Positions 1 through 15,966 of a DNA stretch of 64,000 nucleotides are shown in pieces. Under the pieces are notes generated by a model. It saw only the letters and a list, made by a program, of their open reading frames with translations, made no database searches and was not told where the DNA came from. Source of the DNA: Adineta vaga (taxonomy: Eukaryota > Animalia > Rotifera); the NCBI GenBank assembly GCA_021613535.1, contig CP075492.1:2418001-2482000 (forward strand), read 5' to 3'. The first letter of the stretch is position 1; each line of letters opens with the position of its first letter. A program made the position numbers and the translations under genes.

Positions 1-2
1 TA

Positions 3-173
3 ACGATTTGGTTCAATATCATGGCAGATATTAAAAATAGTGTTTCTGTTGCACTTGATGATATTACCATTGATACTTGTCCAAGATATACAACAACAAC
101 AATTTCTGGTTATTCACCATCACTCGCTATAAATATTTATCTATTAATGATTATTTTGATTATTATTCTGTAA
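3..173 (+). CDS. 3' end of a MAM-domain cell-surface protein (partial, runs off window start)
   Basis: Frame 3 reads ...SVALDDITIDTCPRYTTTTISGYSPSLAINIYLLMIILIIIL*. VALDDI..C matches the MAM C-terminal motif, followed by a Thr linker and a hydrophobic GPI-type tail. Confidence 0.6.
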   Translation, partial: TIWFNIMADIKNSVSVALDDITIDTCPRYTTTTISGYSPSLAINIYLLMIILIIIL

Positions 174-1062
174 TTGTATCATTTTTTCTAATAAAAAAAA
201 TTGATAAATATAATACTGGATGATTTCTGATCACACGGTTATACCATAACATTTTAGATTATGAATTCATTAAGTATATCTCCACGTATACGTATTGATT
301 TAAATTTATTTACGTTATGAAGAAAAATTTAATTAATTAAATTGAAATCTAAATATTTTTTTTAAAATTTTCATCAACACGCATATCTGATAAGTCACAA
401 ATCTTACATCCTCAATATTATCTCGATAATTTGTATGACTAAATATATGAAACAAGAAATTTGAAACTATTCTCTATATTTTCATAGCGTATTTTAATAT
501 TCGGTTCAGATTCAAGGTGCATATGTCTGAGACAAATTTAATTGTTTTACTTTTTCTCTGTTTTTACACATATCTTTTTGGAATATTTGTACTTTTTGTG
601 ATAGATTTCAATCACTAGAACAAAACAGAAAGGAGTATTTCTTTCTTTTACGTTCTTCATTAAAACACAACTGATTTTCTTTATATTCCAATACACTTAC
701 ATAGAAAAACGTCATGGCAATGTAATGGTACCTTAATGAATAATGTTTCCGATTACTCCCAATTTTTGACTGTGGATGAAATTATTCAATTATCACGTGA
801 TTTTGCTCATAAACATCCAAATCAACGTTGGTTTTCGAGTTCATTTTCAATTTGCAATTGTATACAATTCAATTCGTACCATCTGATTTTCTTTATGCTC
901 TACATAATATTAGTTTTGGTAGATTGTTTTATTATATAAAACAATTGTTAATGGATATATTTTCTCCATTAAAATATCTTTCATTAATATTAGATTCATT
1001 TACTTCCAAAGAAGAAAGTGAAGGTCCTTAGATGAAGAAATATTTTATTAGTGACGATGCAA

Positions 1063-1281
1063 TTACTTAAAATGATAGTCATCCATGTTTTGCCGTTCTG
1101 TGACAAAATCTACACATTCGTCAACATCAGTAAATGTGTGGATTTTATTAATAACTTTTTGTAGAGTAGGGAATAAATAAAGATGATCATTCGTAGAATT
1201 GTCAATATTTGGATCTAACCATAACAAAATGTAATCATGATTAATATAAGAATGTGCATGGAAATTTTCAAAACACGTCAT
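1063..1281 (-). pseudogene. Isolated N-terminal domain fragment of the ART-TPR family
   Basis: YILLWLDPNID...LQKVINKIHTFTDVDECVDFV parallels the N-terminal domains at 19004 and 51357 (FSLIWCD...TFKSVEECEIYI). It terminates early. Confidence 0.55.
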
Positions 1282-3088
1282 TGTATTGGAACTACAGATA
1301 GTAAAATTAGAATTAAAATTTGTTTTTCTACAATTAACTAACAGAATTGAAGACTATCAAATATTATTGCTTTTTCTCTGTAACTGATGATCTTTTTACT
1401 CTACAGATGAGTTTTTAATGAATTGTTTTCGAACTGATATTTTGAGGACATCTCTCTGTAAATTTTAAGTAATGAAATAGTTACCATTAAATGTAGAAAA
1501 TTATCTTATTTCGATGGTAAATTCATATTAAGCTAATATAAAATGAAATAAGAAGAGTTTTTAGTATTTGTACTATTTTTGATCTAATGATTCGTTTAGA
1601 ATACATTGAGACACTTACTATGCACCTGTGTATATTGCCATTGCTGACTTTCTTATCATAAAGGCTTACGAAAAGTATATTTATTCTGTTGAAAAAGAAA
1701 GAATACAGCCATATAATATATATTTTACTTTTAATAGCAGCGATGGATTTATTATTGCATTGTTGATCTTTTTTTATTCTTTATCTTTTGAATAAATTCA
1801 GATATTTCTATATGCATATTCTTTCCAAGATGAAACTATATATATATAAGAAAAGAAAGACATTCATACCATCAGGATTTTGTTATTGAAACGTTCAACT
1901 ACATGAGCAAATAGATGTATTTGATAATTAATAATTATAATTAATAGTAAATGATGATAGAAACCAATAAATATTAACCTTCATTTTATTTCTGTTTTAA
2001 GCTATACGCACAAACAAATGTGGAACTATTGGTAGATGTATTACTCTAAATACTTGTTTATTTACTGTAAACTGAACGGATTCAACATACGAGCAACATA
2101 AGTCATGCTTATCTTCATATCACTCAGTAAACTTAGGTTATGGATATAAGTCTGATTCTTCCCTCTATTTCAAAGTCTTCAATCACATCTCGAATGTATA
2201 TAGAAATATAATTCTTCGATGTTCAAATTTTTCCTGACAATCGATTTCTTTCATTTTTAATGATGTTTCAATTTTCTTTGCCCAATCATTGTCTGGAATG
2301 AATATTCTTAATATAAATGTAGTAAAATTAGAATCAACGAATTTTTCTTAAAAGAAGTAAAGTTGTCTTAAAGTTGAATATACACTTGATGGACGAAATA
2401 CGATGTTATGAGAAAAGATAATTTTCGAAGATATTTAAATGCCCATGTAAAAAAAAAGTACGAAAAAAGTGCTAATTTTTACTTTCAATAGTTGATTTTT
2501 CAGAGAAGTTTTTTACATAAGTTAATTGAAGACTTTATTTTATCGAAATATATGACTAAATTTGAATTTGCTACACATTCTCCATTAATTCAACACCCAC
2601 ACCCACACCCTAACTCAATGAGCTGCTACACACTCTTTCGTGTTGTATTGTATTAAATCATTTTGTTGCTATACAAAGCTAGAATAAGGACACACATATT
2701 CACCACGTGTTTAAAAACTATCACCATGTTATGCACACACAGGTATTATATATTGTTCTTCGTTTTTTTCTCTATTCTCTCATAAAACAAAATGTATATC
2801 GAATAATTCACAATTGGATTGATAATGATTTAATAGCAATATTATGTTTAATGTGCGTCTATTCATTCGAAACGAGAATGTTATATACCCATGATAATCA
2901 ATGATTCAAAGTTTTAGCTTAAAATTTCCTATTTAACAGACAATAGAATGAGAATATTTATTGTTAGTCATTGAAAGATTATTAATATAACACACAAACA
3001 GATACACTCTCATCGATGATTTTACGTATTTAGATAATAAGAGTTCGCACAATCGTCATTGTAAACTTTATTCATTGGAATTAAAAAT

Positions 3089-4147
3089 ATGACCAATCAA
3101 GAATATCGATTATTCGATCGTTCAGGTTTCGATGCAATTAAACTTATGAAGACTTCTTTAATTCCTAAACCAAGTCGTAGTGAAATTCAAATTAAATTTC
3201 ATGCTTGTTCTCTCAATTATCGTGATCTAATTCTCAGTAAAGGATTATATCAAGCATCAATAAAATTTCGAGTAGTACCAATATCTGATGGAGCAGGAGA
3301 AGTTACAGCTGTAGGTGAAGATGTAACAAATTTTCAGATTGGTGATAGAGTTGCACCTAATTTTAATCAAAAACATCTTGAAGGAGAATTAACAGAAGAA
3401 ACAAGTGGAGCATGTCTGGGATCTGATCTTGATGGTTGTGTTCGTCAGTATGGTGTCTTTAAAGCTGCTAGCTGTGTCAAGATTCCACCTTCACTATCCT
3501 ATGAAGAAGCAGCAACATTACCTTGTGCAGCTCAAACAGCATGGAATGCTCTTTTTGGACTTTCTGAAAGACAATTGAAATCAGGACAAACTGTTCTTGT
3601 TCAAGGCACCGGTGGTGTTAGTATGTTTGGTGCACAATTTGCATTAGCAACTGGTGCAAAAGTTATTCTGATTTCATCATCGGATAATAAAATTGCGGCA
3701 GCGACAAAACATCTTGATACAAAAAATCTTATGACACTCAATTACAATACAACTCCACAATGGGGAAAGAAAGTAAAAGAATTGACTGGTGGTCGAGGAG
3801 TTAATCATATTCTTGAAATTGGTGGTGAAAAAACATTGAAACAATCGTTGGAAGCATTGGCATATGGTGGTGTGATTAATGTTATTGGTTTTCTTAGCAT
3901 AATAGGTACTAGTCCTAGTGCTAGTGGACTTGAGGTTATTATGGGAACATTAGGAAAGAATGCTTGTATTCGTGGAATTTCTATTGGTAGTGTTCAACAA
4001 TTCAATGCAATGAATGATGCAATTGAAATGCATAAAATTAAACCAATTATTGATAAAATATTTGAATTTGAAGATTTAAAAAGTGCTTATGAGTATCAAT
4101 GGTCACAAAAACATATTGGAAAAATTGTTGTCAAAATACCACAATGA
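3089..4147 (+). CDS. NAD(P)-dependent medium-chain dehydrogenase/reductase (MDR7-type zinc-binding ADH family), intronless
   Basis: 352 aa ORF with SLNYRD, PISDGAGEV, EAATLPCAAQTAWNAL, QGTGGVS Rossmann motif and GKIVV terminus. Confidence 0.92.
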   Translation: MTNQEYRLFDRSGFDAIKLMKTSLIPKPSRSEIQIKFHACSLNYRDLILSKGLYQASIKFRVVPISDGAGEVTAVGEDVTNFQIGDRVAPNFNQKHLEGELTEETSGACLGSDLDGCVRQYGVFKAASCVKIPPSLSYEEAATLPCAAQTAWNALFGLSERQLKSGQTVLVQGTGGVSMFGAQFALATGAKVILISSSDNKIAAATKHLDTKNLMTLNYNTTPQWGKKVKELTGGRGVNHILEIGGEKTLKQSLEALAYGGVINVIGFLSIIGTSPSASGLEVIMGTLGKNACIRGISIGSVQQFNAMNDAIEMHKIKPIIDKIFEFEDLKSAYEYQWSQKHIGKIVVKIPQ

Positions 4148-4422
4148 AAAATGATTTTTTAACTTTGAAGTAAAACTAAATATATTCACATGAATTACTG
4201 ATTTTGAAGAACTTTCCAGAGATAAAGACTTCAGTTTTTTGCTTAATAAAGAATTATATCGATAGGGCGGTAGTGAAAGATAAAAATTAGACAATACATG
4301 TCTTGAATCCAATAAAATGCTCAAGTAATTAGTTAAGATATTTGAAGAAGCAAGATTTTGAATTGATAATTATAGATAACAATTCAATGAATGAAAAGAA
4401 AACGATTGAGCTTTGACGAAGA

Positions 4423-5054
4423 TCAACGAAAAGTGTTGAATTGTGGTCGAATACAACCATTTTGTGTAAAATAACCGTGATAAGATTTTCTAAATGGTAG
4501 AAATGATCGAAGAATTACGATTAAAATAGAACATGGAATATATATTAAAAGGATTAATAAGATTGAATAAGTTGATAATATCTTGTTGATATTCATTGAA
4601 GGATTCAAAGATATAATGAAGTAGAGAGCAAGACTAAGACTCATTAGAATAACAGCACAAATACCAATGATAACGAACTAAAAAATTGAATTCGAATTAT
4701 TATAAAAAAAATAAAGAAAATAAATACGTACAATGCGTAAACCTTCATTAGAATGTCGATATGCGACAATAAATCCAAAAATATAATAAATAATACCAAA
4801 AATAGCAAAACTAAATTCAATGCTTTTCCCCGTTCCAAAAAGTGAAAATATTAAAACACATATTCATAAAATCTTTAAAAAGAAAACAATGAGTATTAAA
4901 AAAAACGAAGTCTTTTTCTTTTAAACTTTACAAAACATAAGCCGAGTCCAAGAATGAATATTAGTTGAAATAAAATAAGTCGTTGTTCATCGTTTGGTGA
5001 TAATGAATCATCCGTAATCATATGAATATGACCCATTGCTTTTCTAAATAAAGC
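4423..5054 (-). pseudogene. Probable spliced multi-pass membrane protein of unknown function, apparently frameshifted
   Basis: Hydrophobic segments (LILFQLIFILGLGLCF; FAIFGIIYYIFGFIVAYRHSNEGLRI; LALYFII) are separated by GT-AG intron-like spacers, but the frames do not join cleanly. Confidence 0.3.
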
Positions 5055-5383
5055 TAAATATCGAAAAATATAAATATTCACCGCCTTACTTTTCTTTCAA
5101 GCAACAATGTTTAAATATATAAATCAATAAGTGTCGTATCGATGTGTTTCTGCATTGCCATGTGGTATCGATGCGTTGTCAATGCATTGCTTTTCTCTTT
5201 TCTAAGGAATGATGAAAGATCTCGCATGTTATGAAATACAAATATTTCTCAAGAAAATTCCTTTAACAAATCCTAGTATTTATCTAATCATAGTTTTAGT
5301 TTTATTGAAGGTGTTACGATCAGGATATGGGTTAGAGTGGGGATGTGCTTAAAATAACACCTCACGCTCATCCTTACCGACCC

Positions 5384-5461
5384 ATCTTGAGGGTGAGTGT
5401 GGGTTGAAATAGAGAATCGATACCCACCCACACCCACACCACCCACACCCACCCTCAAGAT
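5384..5461. repeat. Telomere-repeat hairpin element (full copy)
   Basis: ATCTTGAGGGTGAGTGTGGGT...ACCCACACCCACCCTCAAGAT, preceded by ACCC. A degenerate copy lies adjacent at ~5328-5383. Confidence 0.85.
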
Positions 5462-5892
5462 TCGTTTGGGAAGGAACATATATATGTAAGTGTATTTGTA
5501 AGTTTCGTTCCCGATGTTTCTTTTGCTTTTATTGATGTTTCGAATTGAATTTCTCTATTAGAAAGTTTATTCAAAATATAATCGACGTTAAATTGAATAG
5601 TTAGTATTGGAGAATCAGATGAAATGTCAAGTTCAACACTACACAAAACATCTTTTGCAACTTTACTCGTAGTTAAATTATTTAATTCTTTCTTAAGTTC
5701 ATCCAAATCGAGATTCGCCATTTTTATTCTATACGGTTGTTCATAATTTATACAAATAAGACTATAGCCAATCGATAATAAAAGAAAAAATATATACATT
5801 GTTATGCACATTATTAATATTTGAAAAGTATAATTCAATAAAATAATCACAATATATATACATATCCATAGAACAACATCTGCTATTGACAA
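5455..5892 (-). CDS. Hypothetical protein with two N-terminal TM segments; its end runs into a hairpin element
   Basis: 145-codon ORF with a hydrophobic N-half and a soluble C-half. No recognisable family. Confidence 0.3.
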   Translation of the reverse strand: MSIADVVLWICIYIVIILLNYTFQILIMCITMYIFFLLLSIGYSLICINYEQPYRIKMANLDLDELKKELNNLTTSKVAKDVLCSVELDISSDSPILTIQFNVDYILNKLSNREIQFETSIKAKETSGTKLTNTLTYICSFPNES

Positions 5893-6435
5893 GTCTGATA
5901 CAATATATGATTTTCTAACTTTTTAATAAAATAACAACTGTCAAAGCATGAATTACTCTGTTGATTAACTAATCATTTATACAAATATTTTGAAAAACAA
6001 GAAATTTCAATTTTACGAAAGGCAATATACGATCGTTGTATAGTTTCATATTTTGATAAAATCATATCTAATATATTTTATTTAAGAAAGAAGAGGCTAA
6101 AAAACATGCGAAGTCGTTCTAATAATTGTTCGAATTGTTTTCTCTGTTCTATTGAAAAGTAAAACAGAAACAAAAAAATGAATTTAAAATGGAAGAAAAG
6201 AAATAAAATAAGTATACTGGAGTACCGACTTTTCGCTTTTCCCCCTTGCTATAACTTATTTATTATTAATTATTTTGAAAAACTTTCTTCACAAGTTCTC
6301 TATTTCAGCACATGCTCTATCGATGAGTGAAAACCGCTTCTCAAAATCTTCTCTGTAGAGCTATCGGTTCCGGATACTTTAAAGACGAGTTTTCGTTTTT
6401 TTAATTCTCTGACTTTGTCCAAATCGATAAACCCA

Positions 6436-6500
6436 TCTTGAGGGTGTGAGTATGGGTGTGGGTGAGGATTAGCTAATCATCTACACCCACACCCTCAAGA
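6436..6500. repeat. Telomere-repeat hairpin element (full copy)
   Basis: TCTTGAGGGTGTGAG...CCCACACCCTCAAGA with central palindrome GATTAGCTAATC, preceded by ACCCA. Confidence 0.85.
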
Positions 6501-6618
6501 ATGTTCTCTATTTCATTCTTTCTGTTTTTGTAGTAAACATAAACCCAGGAAATGTTTGATTCATTTTATTTTATTGTCAATCATGCTAACGATGATCTTT
6601 ATATTGTCTGTATTTTCT

Positions 6619-8939
<2,321 letters not shown>

Positions 8940-9166
8940 CTAGAATGAGTAAATAGATCAAGTTAGTTTTAAAAATTTTGTCGTTATGTAAGTCCAATAA
9001 TTCGATAGTCTCCTAGATTTTTGTAGTATTGATGGGATAATCAGAGGGATACGTCTGGCAGAATTAACTTAGATTGTGGGTGACGATAAAAACATTTCCA
9101 TTTTATCTGTCTCATCCATGCTCATTAATATCCACCCTCACCCTCAAATAGTGAACGTGTCTTTAC

Positions 9167-10018
9167 CTTCATTGCTTTTGTAAAAACAAATGTCTTCAGA
9201 TCTTAGAGTGTAAGTAACATGTGGAATTTGTTGATTATTTGAATCTTTCATAACACCGTCTCTGACACGATTTAAGATCGTTCGAATATCTTCATTTGGT
9301 GTTTTTAAATGCTCAAGAAGATGTTTAGTGAATAATCCGTTTTTTTTTACACTACTTCCATCATCAGCAGTTGTTTCAGGTGCACAAGCAAATGCAACAA
9401 GTGCTTCAGCTTTCACCGACATTTCTTGTAATCCACGTGGCGGACTTATTTGTTCTATTTCTGTATCATTCTCTAATGTTTCATGCGTATATTATAAGTT
9501 CGATAGCAATCCAGAAAAAACATTGTCAAAAATGGACGTCGACCGTTGATCGTATTAAAGAGATTTTGTGCATTAATCGCACGAGTTTCGAAATCTACAC
9601 CACTAAATGGAATTCTTCTTCTCACATTCCCTTCGATCTTCTCAACAGAATTATCGATGGGAATGAGATAGTTTTGATCCTAAAACAAATGAATTAAATC
9701 ACAAAAATTATTACTGGAAATCTTCTTTACCTTCCATTGCGTTCCATGACCTGAAAAATAGAAGAGAATCATATCACCGTCTTTTATCGAACATTCAAAA
9801 TCAATTATTGTATGTCGCATTTCTTTGTATGTTAAATTGAGTTTTGGTTCATCGTCGTGAATAAGAAATCCTATTTCTTTCAATGTTAATACCATTTGTT
9901 CGGCATCATATGTTGCATTTGGTAAACGAAGACCTTGATAGTAATCACTGATGCCAATGATAAGTGCTAGTTTTCTCCTCGAATTAGTTGGAAAAGAAAC
10001 GCTATTTGAAGTTGCCAT
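9167..10018 (-). CDS. Caspase-like (peptidase C14, para/metacaspase-type) domain with frameshift and Cys->Tyr; possible 5' part of the PABP gene
   Basis: RKLALIIGISDY, FYFSGHG (catalytic His), intron 9730-9680, DQNYLIP, FFLDCYR, 1-nt frameshift near 9483, LVAFACAP...NGLFTKHLL...QQIP. Confidence 0.8.
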
Positions 10019-11099
10019 TAAGAAATAGGGTTGCTTTTGAATCTAAAAAGCAGTATTAATCGTTATTATCTTTTGTATTAGTTTTCGTAAGGAGAATATT
10101 CCAGCAGTTGGATCGTTTAACAAAAGAGAAAGAAAACATCATATTGTAAAAACAACTGGTGAGAAAGGTTGATGAAAATGCATTTCTTCCAACAAATGCG
10201 AAGAACAACAACAAAAACATGTACAGTCATTGTTTTTCAACATTTTTCGTACTTTTTTCCCTTAGAAAACAAATTAGAAAAGGTTTTTTCTCATAAGAAA
10301 TACGCACAAAACTTTCTCTGGTACTTCTCTCTACCAGAAAAAAGTCAGTAGAGAGTCGATGGTATTGATGGGGGTAAAAATGGGGTGTCTGGGTGAAATT
10401 TCACCGAGCTTTGACACATTCTGATTTTCATTTGCCTGATACTATGTTCCGCGCTGATTGTAGCCAGACAGGCACCAAACAGAAACCGTTTGGTTCAGAA
10501 AGTTTGAATATTTAGCTTGGGTATGGACATTGAGTTTGGGCATGAGTTTGAGAGTTGAATTTTTGTGTGGACTAGAAGTCGAAGCCTTCGATATCTACCT
10601 GACAATCAAAATTCAAATCCAAACCCGTACTGAACATCTTCAATTGAAAAATCGATGATATGAGTCTGTGGGGTTTATAGAACTGCTTATGAGAAAGAGA
10701 GAAAGACATGTACAAGCACACGATATCCGCTGCACATCGATACTTGAGCGCGCGAGTGAAGATGTGAGCTGGAGATGGGCAGCTACAATTACACAGAGTT
10801 GTTTATAGGTATGCTGTTCACGATGTAACTGACAAACTTATGCATAGAAAACTCTCAACAATAGTGCATTAGGAGACGGACATAAACTGGATTGCAACGA
10901 TACATACATGAATTCAAAGTTGAAATGAGATTTTATTCAACTAGACGTGGATTTTAGAGAACTGTACAACTAGCATTGTTAGTCTTTGACATGCATCGAG
11001 AACAGATATGGCACTTTTAAGCACATTGTGTCTATATCTTATATCGTTTTCTATGATACGAGGTTTATGATATCGATTTTTTAATCACCATCGGGTACT

Positions 11100-11870
11100 G
11101 CCGCTAGTATTATATATTTTTGCTTCATCATTATCAAGTGTTATAGGATAAAAATCAATAGCATACAAACACTGCACATCATCTTGGTTCATTAGCATTA
11201 TTGGGTGCAAATGATGAACAAAAACCTTCACCACACAATATTACTAAAGATAATTCATATAATTCATATAATTCTTCATATAGGTTTTGTTGTAGAATTA
11301 AATAGTCATACGGTTGCAATTGAATCATATTAGCTATGACAGCGGTCTATGTGGAAACTATCTACAAAGTTCCTGTCAATTTAAAATCATCAACAAATGG
11401 AAAAAAATGAGCTTTACAAATTATGAAAGAAGTTCGTTTGGATGATAATTACATCAGTTTCGGATGAATCACTTGAAATGGATCTAGTATTTTCGAAAGA
11501 ATCAATTCTTCTTAATCGTGATAATCAATGGCGAATGATCTTATAATAAAGTAATCGAAGAGTTAATTAATATGTCTGTTTATATCAATGCTGCTACACA
11601 TAAACCTGATCATATTTTGTTACGGCAAAGAACGCAATTCAAAACATTCAAATCTATTTGAAGGATAATATAATTAAAAAACTTCGATTATAAAATAGAG
11701 ATTATGTCATTGATCAAACTTTACATTCACAATTAACAACTGATGTTCATGCTGTTAAAGATATTCGTATTGTAAAGAATGCTGAAAAAGATTATATATC
11801 AAAACAAGGATTATATTTAAAAACTGTCGATCGTTTGAACAAATTGCTTCTAAATGGATAGATAAATTAA
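11100..11870 (+). pseudogene. Decayed questin-oxidase/AflY(HypA)-like oxidoreductase
   Basis: Broken frames give AHHLGSLALLGANDEQ, PSPHNITKDN, HIGFVVELNSHTVAIE..LAMTAV, LQIMKEVRLD, ATHKPDH and TDVHAVK, in the order of this family's motifs. Many stops and deletions. Confidence 0.6.
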
Positions 11871-12158
11871 CATTAAAAAACTTCATGTGACCGATTTATT
11901 TCTAATCTTAATGTCGCCTCAAGGTCATAAATAGTTTTATAATTAATCTGTTATTTTCTTCTAACAAAATTAAACTCTATAAATAATTCCAGTTCTTTTT
12001 TTCCTCATTTACTTGATCAGATGACTTGTAAGAGAACATAATCTGTTCTGCTATAAATGATAAAACTCGTTATCATTTCATATCATTCACCAACAGTCTC
12101 TTTTGAATATCACTTCTGATTATTACAAATCTCAGTCAATTTTGAGATCAGGTCACAA

Positions 12159-13257
12159 ATGTTCTCAAATAACAATACATTCGTTATCGCAACACGACGA
12201 AATTCTGATTCAATCATTGTTACTCTTGAACGTGTCAAACGAAATTTTGTTATCTATCTTCCACTTATTTTAACTATTTTTGGTGGAATTGGTTTTCTCG
12301 GAAATGTATTTACTTTTCTTCAACCAACTCTTCGATCAAATACTTGTTGTATTTATTTACTCTGTGCTTCAGTAATTGATATTATTAATCTTTGTATCAA
12401 TCTTTTGCCCAACTATTTATATTCTCAATTTGCCAATGTACTTTCATTAATAACTGTAAGATATATATGTAAAATAAAACTCTTTGGTCTAGTCTTCTTG
12501 CCACAATTATCTGAGAATTTGTTGATCTTATGTACTATTGATCGTTATGCTGCTACATGCAATTTGGTCTCTCCCATACGACGTATAAGACAATTGAAAA
12601 TGATACCATATCTCATAAATATTGTTATCATTATTAGTGGTATCATTTCACTCTATGGTCCAACTTTATACGATATTGATCCTATCTTGGGATGTGCCTC
12701 TTTTAGTCCATTTCTGAACACTATTTTATATATTAGTATTCAAGGTTTAATAACTCCATTTACAATGTTATTGATTGTATTGCTCATATATAGAAATGTG
12801 AGATTAAGTCGTGTACGAGTGGTAAATTTTTCGAATTGATCTTTCATTGATAAAATATATCTATTGAATACTTTAGGGTGGATTACATAATCAAAATGTT
12901 CATCGTTCTCAGAATCATTTTATCAAATTAATTTTTACTCAAGTATTTGCATCAAGTTTCTTTACATTACAATGGATTGGATTTTATATGTATTTTACAA
13001 TTACTCAATATGAAAATAAAAGTATTCTACAATGGACAATTGATTATTTCTCTTTCTCATTAACAAATAATTTATTTTATATGATTAATGTTAAATCATT
13101 TTATCTTTCAACTTTAACATCACATTTATTTCGAAATACTTTTCTTAATGCTTTACGAAAATTACTACACATTCGTTCACAACGATTGATTGTCTCAAGA
13201 AATACTTTGTTTATGAGTGCTACAAAACCTCGACGATTGAATGAAATACAAAATTAA
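12159..13257 (+). CDS. Class A (rhodopsin-like) GPCR, 2 exons
   Basis: GFLGN in TM1, IDRY motif, hydrophobic helices; intron 12822-12876 joins the two ORFs. Confidence 0.85.
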
Positions 13258-13579
13258 TCTTGAAATCTATATTATATTCTCCAGTATTGTTCGTTTAATC
13301 ATCCCAAACTCTATATACGCTTTTGAATCTGTAACAAAATTTCAATGTTGATTTCCTTGTACAAATAAATATATATTCTCCTTTAATTCTTAAATAATTT
13401 TTACTTGTAATGTTTTCAAAGGACATTGATGATGAGATTAGATTTGACACAATTGACTTAAAAGTACACTGAAGTACCTTTGCTATGTAATCTATTTAAA
13501 AGAACATAATCGGATATTTATAGTTTGAACAAAATTACCTTTTCTTCACAGACATAATGATACGGTATAATTAAAGTAG

Positions 13580-13637
13580 AGTGTGGTTGGGGTGAGGGTT
13601 AAGGGTTTGCATTAATGCTTATACCCTCATCCACACT
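13580..13637. repeat. Telomere-repeat hairpin element (degenerate)
   Basis: AGTGTGG..GGTGAGGGT...ACCCTCATCCACACT with central GCATTAATGC palindrome. Confidence 0.6.
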
Positions 13638-13922
13638 GTTGATAAAATAATTGCATTTTTAATTGAATTGAATGTATCAAGTACACGTGTTTTTTATCAA
13701 AAAATTCACATCTCAATAGATGATATTCATATGCGAAGAAAAAGAAATGCTATAATGAATGAGAAAATAAACAAAAAAATTTCATTAATGTAAAAAATGC
13801 AACTGATTAATTATACGAAAGATACCAATAAAATATATTTTTTTTGTATTATAAAATAAAAGTACAATGTCTGCAATTCGATCAAACAGTAATTTCATTT
13901 TCAAATATTTTTGAAATTGAAA

Positions 13923-15628
13923 ATGCATACGATGTTCTTAGTGATTGGACTAATCATTGGCGGACTTTGTTCTGGGATTATCTTAACAACAATGATTACT
14001 TTAGTTGTTCGAGGTAATGTTATTTTTAATACTATAAAGAAGGATATTTCATATGTTTTGTAGATAAACAAATCAAAGAAATGGAAAATTCGAAAACAAC
14101 TTCGATCAGTACGATTACTTCTACAACATCAAGTTCAACTAGTACAACACCTGTATTAAGTAAAAATTTCAAAGAAAATATCATTGAATCTTTCCTTTAA
14201 TTCTATAGAAATACAAATTTATTGGAAATTTGATAATAATTTACAAGATTTTTATAATAATTTCAATGGAATTGGTAACAATGGACCAACATATAAATCC
14301 TCAACATATAATGGAATTGGTACATGTCTTCAATTGAATCAATCATCAGTAACTATTGATAATCCACCATTGTTAAATCTGGCGAATATATCATTTACAT
14401 TTGAAATGTGGTTATATGGAGATTCATTTTATAATAATAGTTCTTATACGGATAATTATATTCTTGATCAATTTGAACAGAATATTACAGATCATTTTTT
14501 TCATTTAATCATTCGAAATCAACATGTTCAATTCGGTTTTGGCAATGATGATGTTACTTCAAATCAAGTGAATATCATTAAGTTGAAATTTTTATTTCAA
14601 AATTCTTTTTCCATTTAGATTTTAATTCCAAATCAATGGTATCATTTAGTAAGTTGATATAAGCAAAGAAATAATATTTATTTGAGTTTTTCGCGAGTAG
14701 GCATTTGTATATGATTATTCAACACGTACACAAATGATTTATGTCAATGGGTATTTAGATGTATCACGGAGTGTGGCTGGACCATATTTAGGTTCTTCTG
14801 GGTATAAGAATAAATGTCTTTAGATTTGTACAAGTTACTTTCAAATCTTTATTTAGAGATTTGATTATCGGTACAGGAATTATTAATAGTCCAAATAATT
14901 ATTTCAATGGTTGCTTAGACTCTATTCAATATTATCCATGGACAAGAAATACAAGTACAATATTATTCGATGCTACTTTTGTTGCTTATCTAAAATTTGA
15001 TAATAATACTCTTTTCGACAGTGGGCCATTATCAATCAATGGAATAGGAACAAATTATACTTATACCTCAATGGGACGAGTGAATCAAGCTATTACACTT
15101 TCAATTCTATCATCTTACATTCAAATAACTGGATTAACACGATTAGGAACAAATGCATGGCCTTATACAGTTTCAATTTGGATTTATCCAACCAATTCCT
15201 CTGGTGGGACAATTATGCATTTAAGTAGTCGTTTAGATGGTGCACAAGCAAATGCATGGTGTTTGCCAATTATGGGTTTGACTTCAATGGGGCAAATAGC
15301 AATAAATACTTGGAATTCGAGTAATGTACCAATCACTGGTCCGATTGTTCCTCTTTTTTCATGGACTCATGTTACAGCAACTTATTCATTAAGTAATGGA
15401 GAACGATTATATGTGAATGGTACTCAATATGGATCAAGTTCAGTTCCATTTGCTTTTCAAGCTGGTAGTATACCTATGACATTAACAATTGGAAGTTCAT
15501 TACTTGGACTTGGTGTTTGTAATACAGGTACAATACAAATGGGACAATTTTATGGTTCAATTGATGAATTTCAAGTTTATGCACGAGAATTATCACCATC
15601 AGAAATTTCTACACTTGCTAATCCATAA
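13923..15628 (+). CDS. Membrane-anchored protein with two LamG/concanavalin-A-like domains, multi-exon
   Basis: N-terminal TM and Thr/Ser stalk, then YWKFDNNLQD, SFTFEMW, WYHLAFVYD, WTHVTATY..RLYVNG and FYGSIDEFQVYARELS. Start codon uncertain. Confidence 0.8.
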
Positions 15629-15966
15629 CTATCATAACAACTTTGTTCACAAATAAAACGAAATAATAAATCACATGTTATTCTTTCATGTTTTACTTCC
15701 TGTGATGAGTTGACGGCGTAGATGTGGATCAGACTACATATCTGGACCCTCATTCTCAGTCCATACACTCTTCTCGTACAGAAAACTAGATCATTTTGAT
15801 GACAGTTATTAATAGATTGAGATATAAACCAATGACTTAGTCAGCGACGAGGACTGAATATTGAGGAACTTAACAGTTCTCGTTATACTCGCATTTCTCA
15901 TCGTATTGATAGAATGTTCTTGTTTGTTTACTTCGAAAAAAAAGTGATAAAAACAAAAAAAGATCC

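Noticed and set aside
736-1031. Two short overlapping ORFs as a gene
   Set aside because: Possibly a frameshifted fragment, but no recognisable motif.
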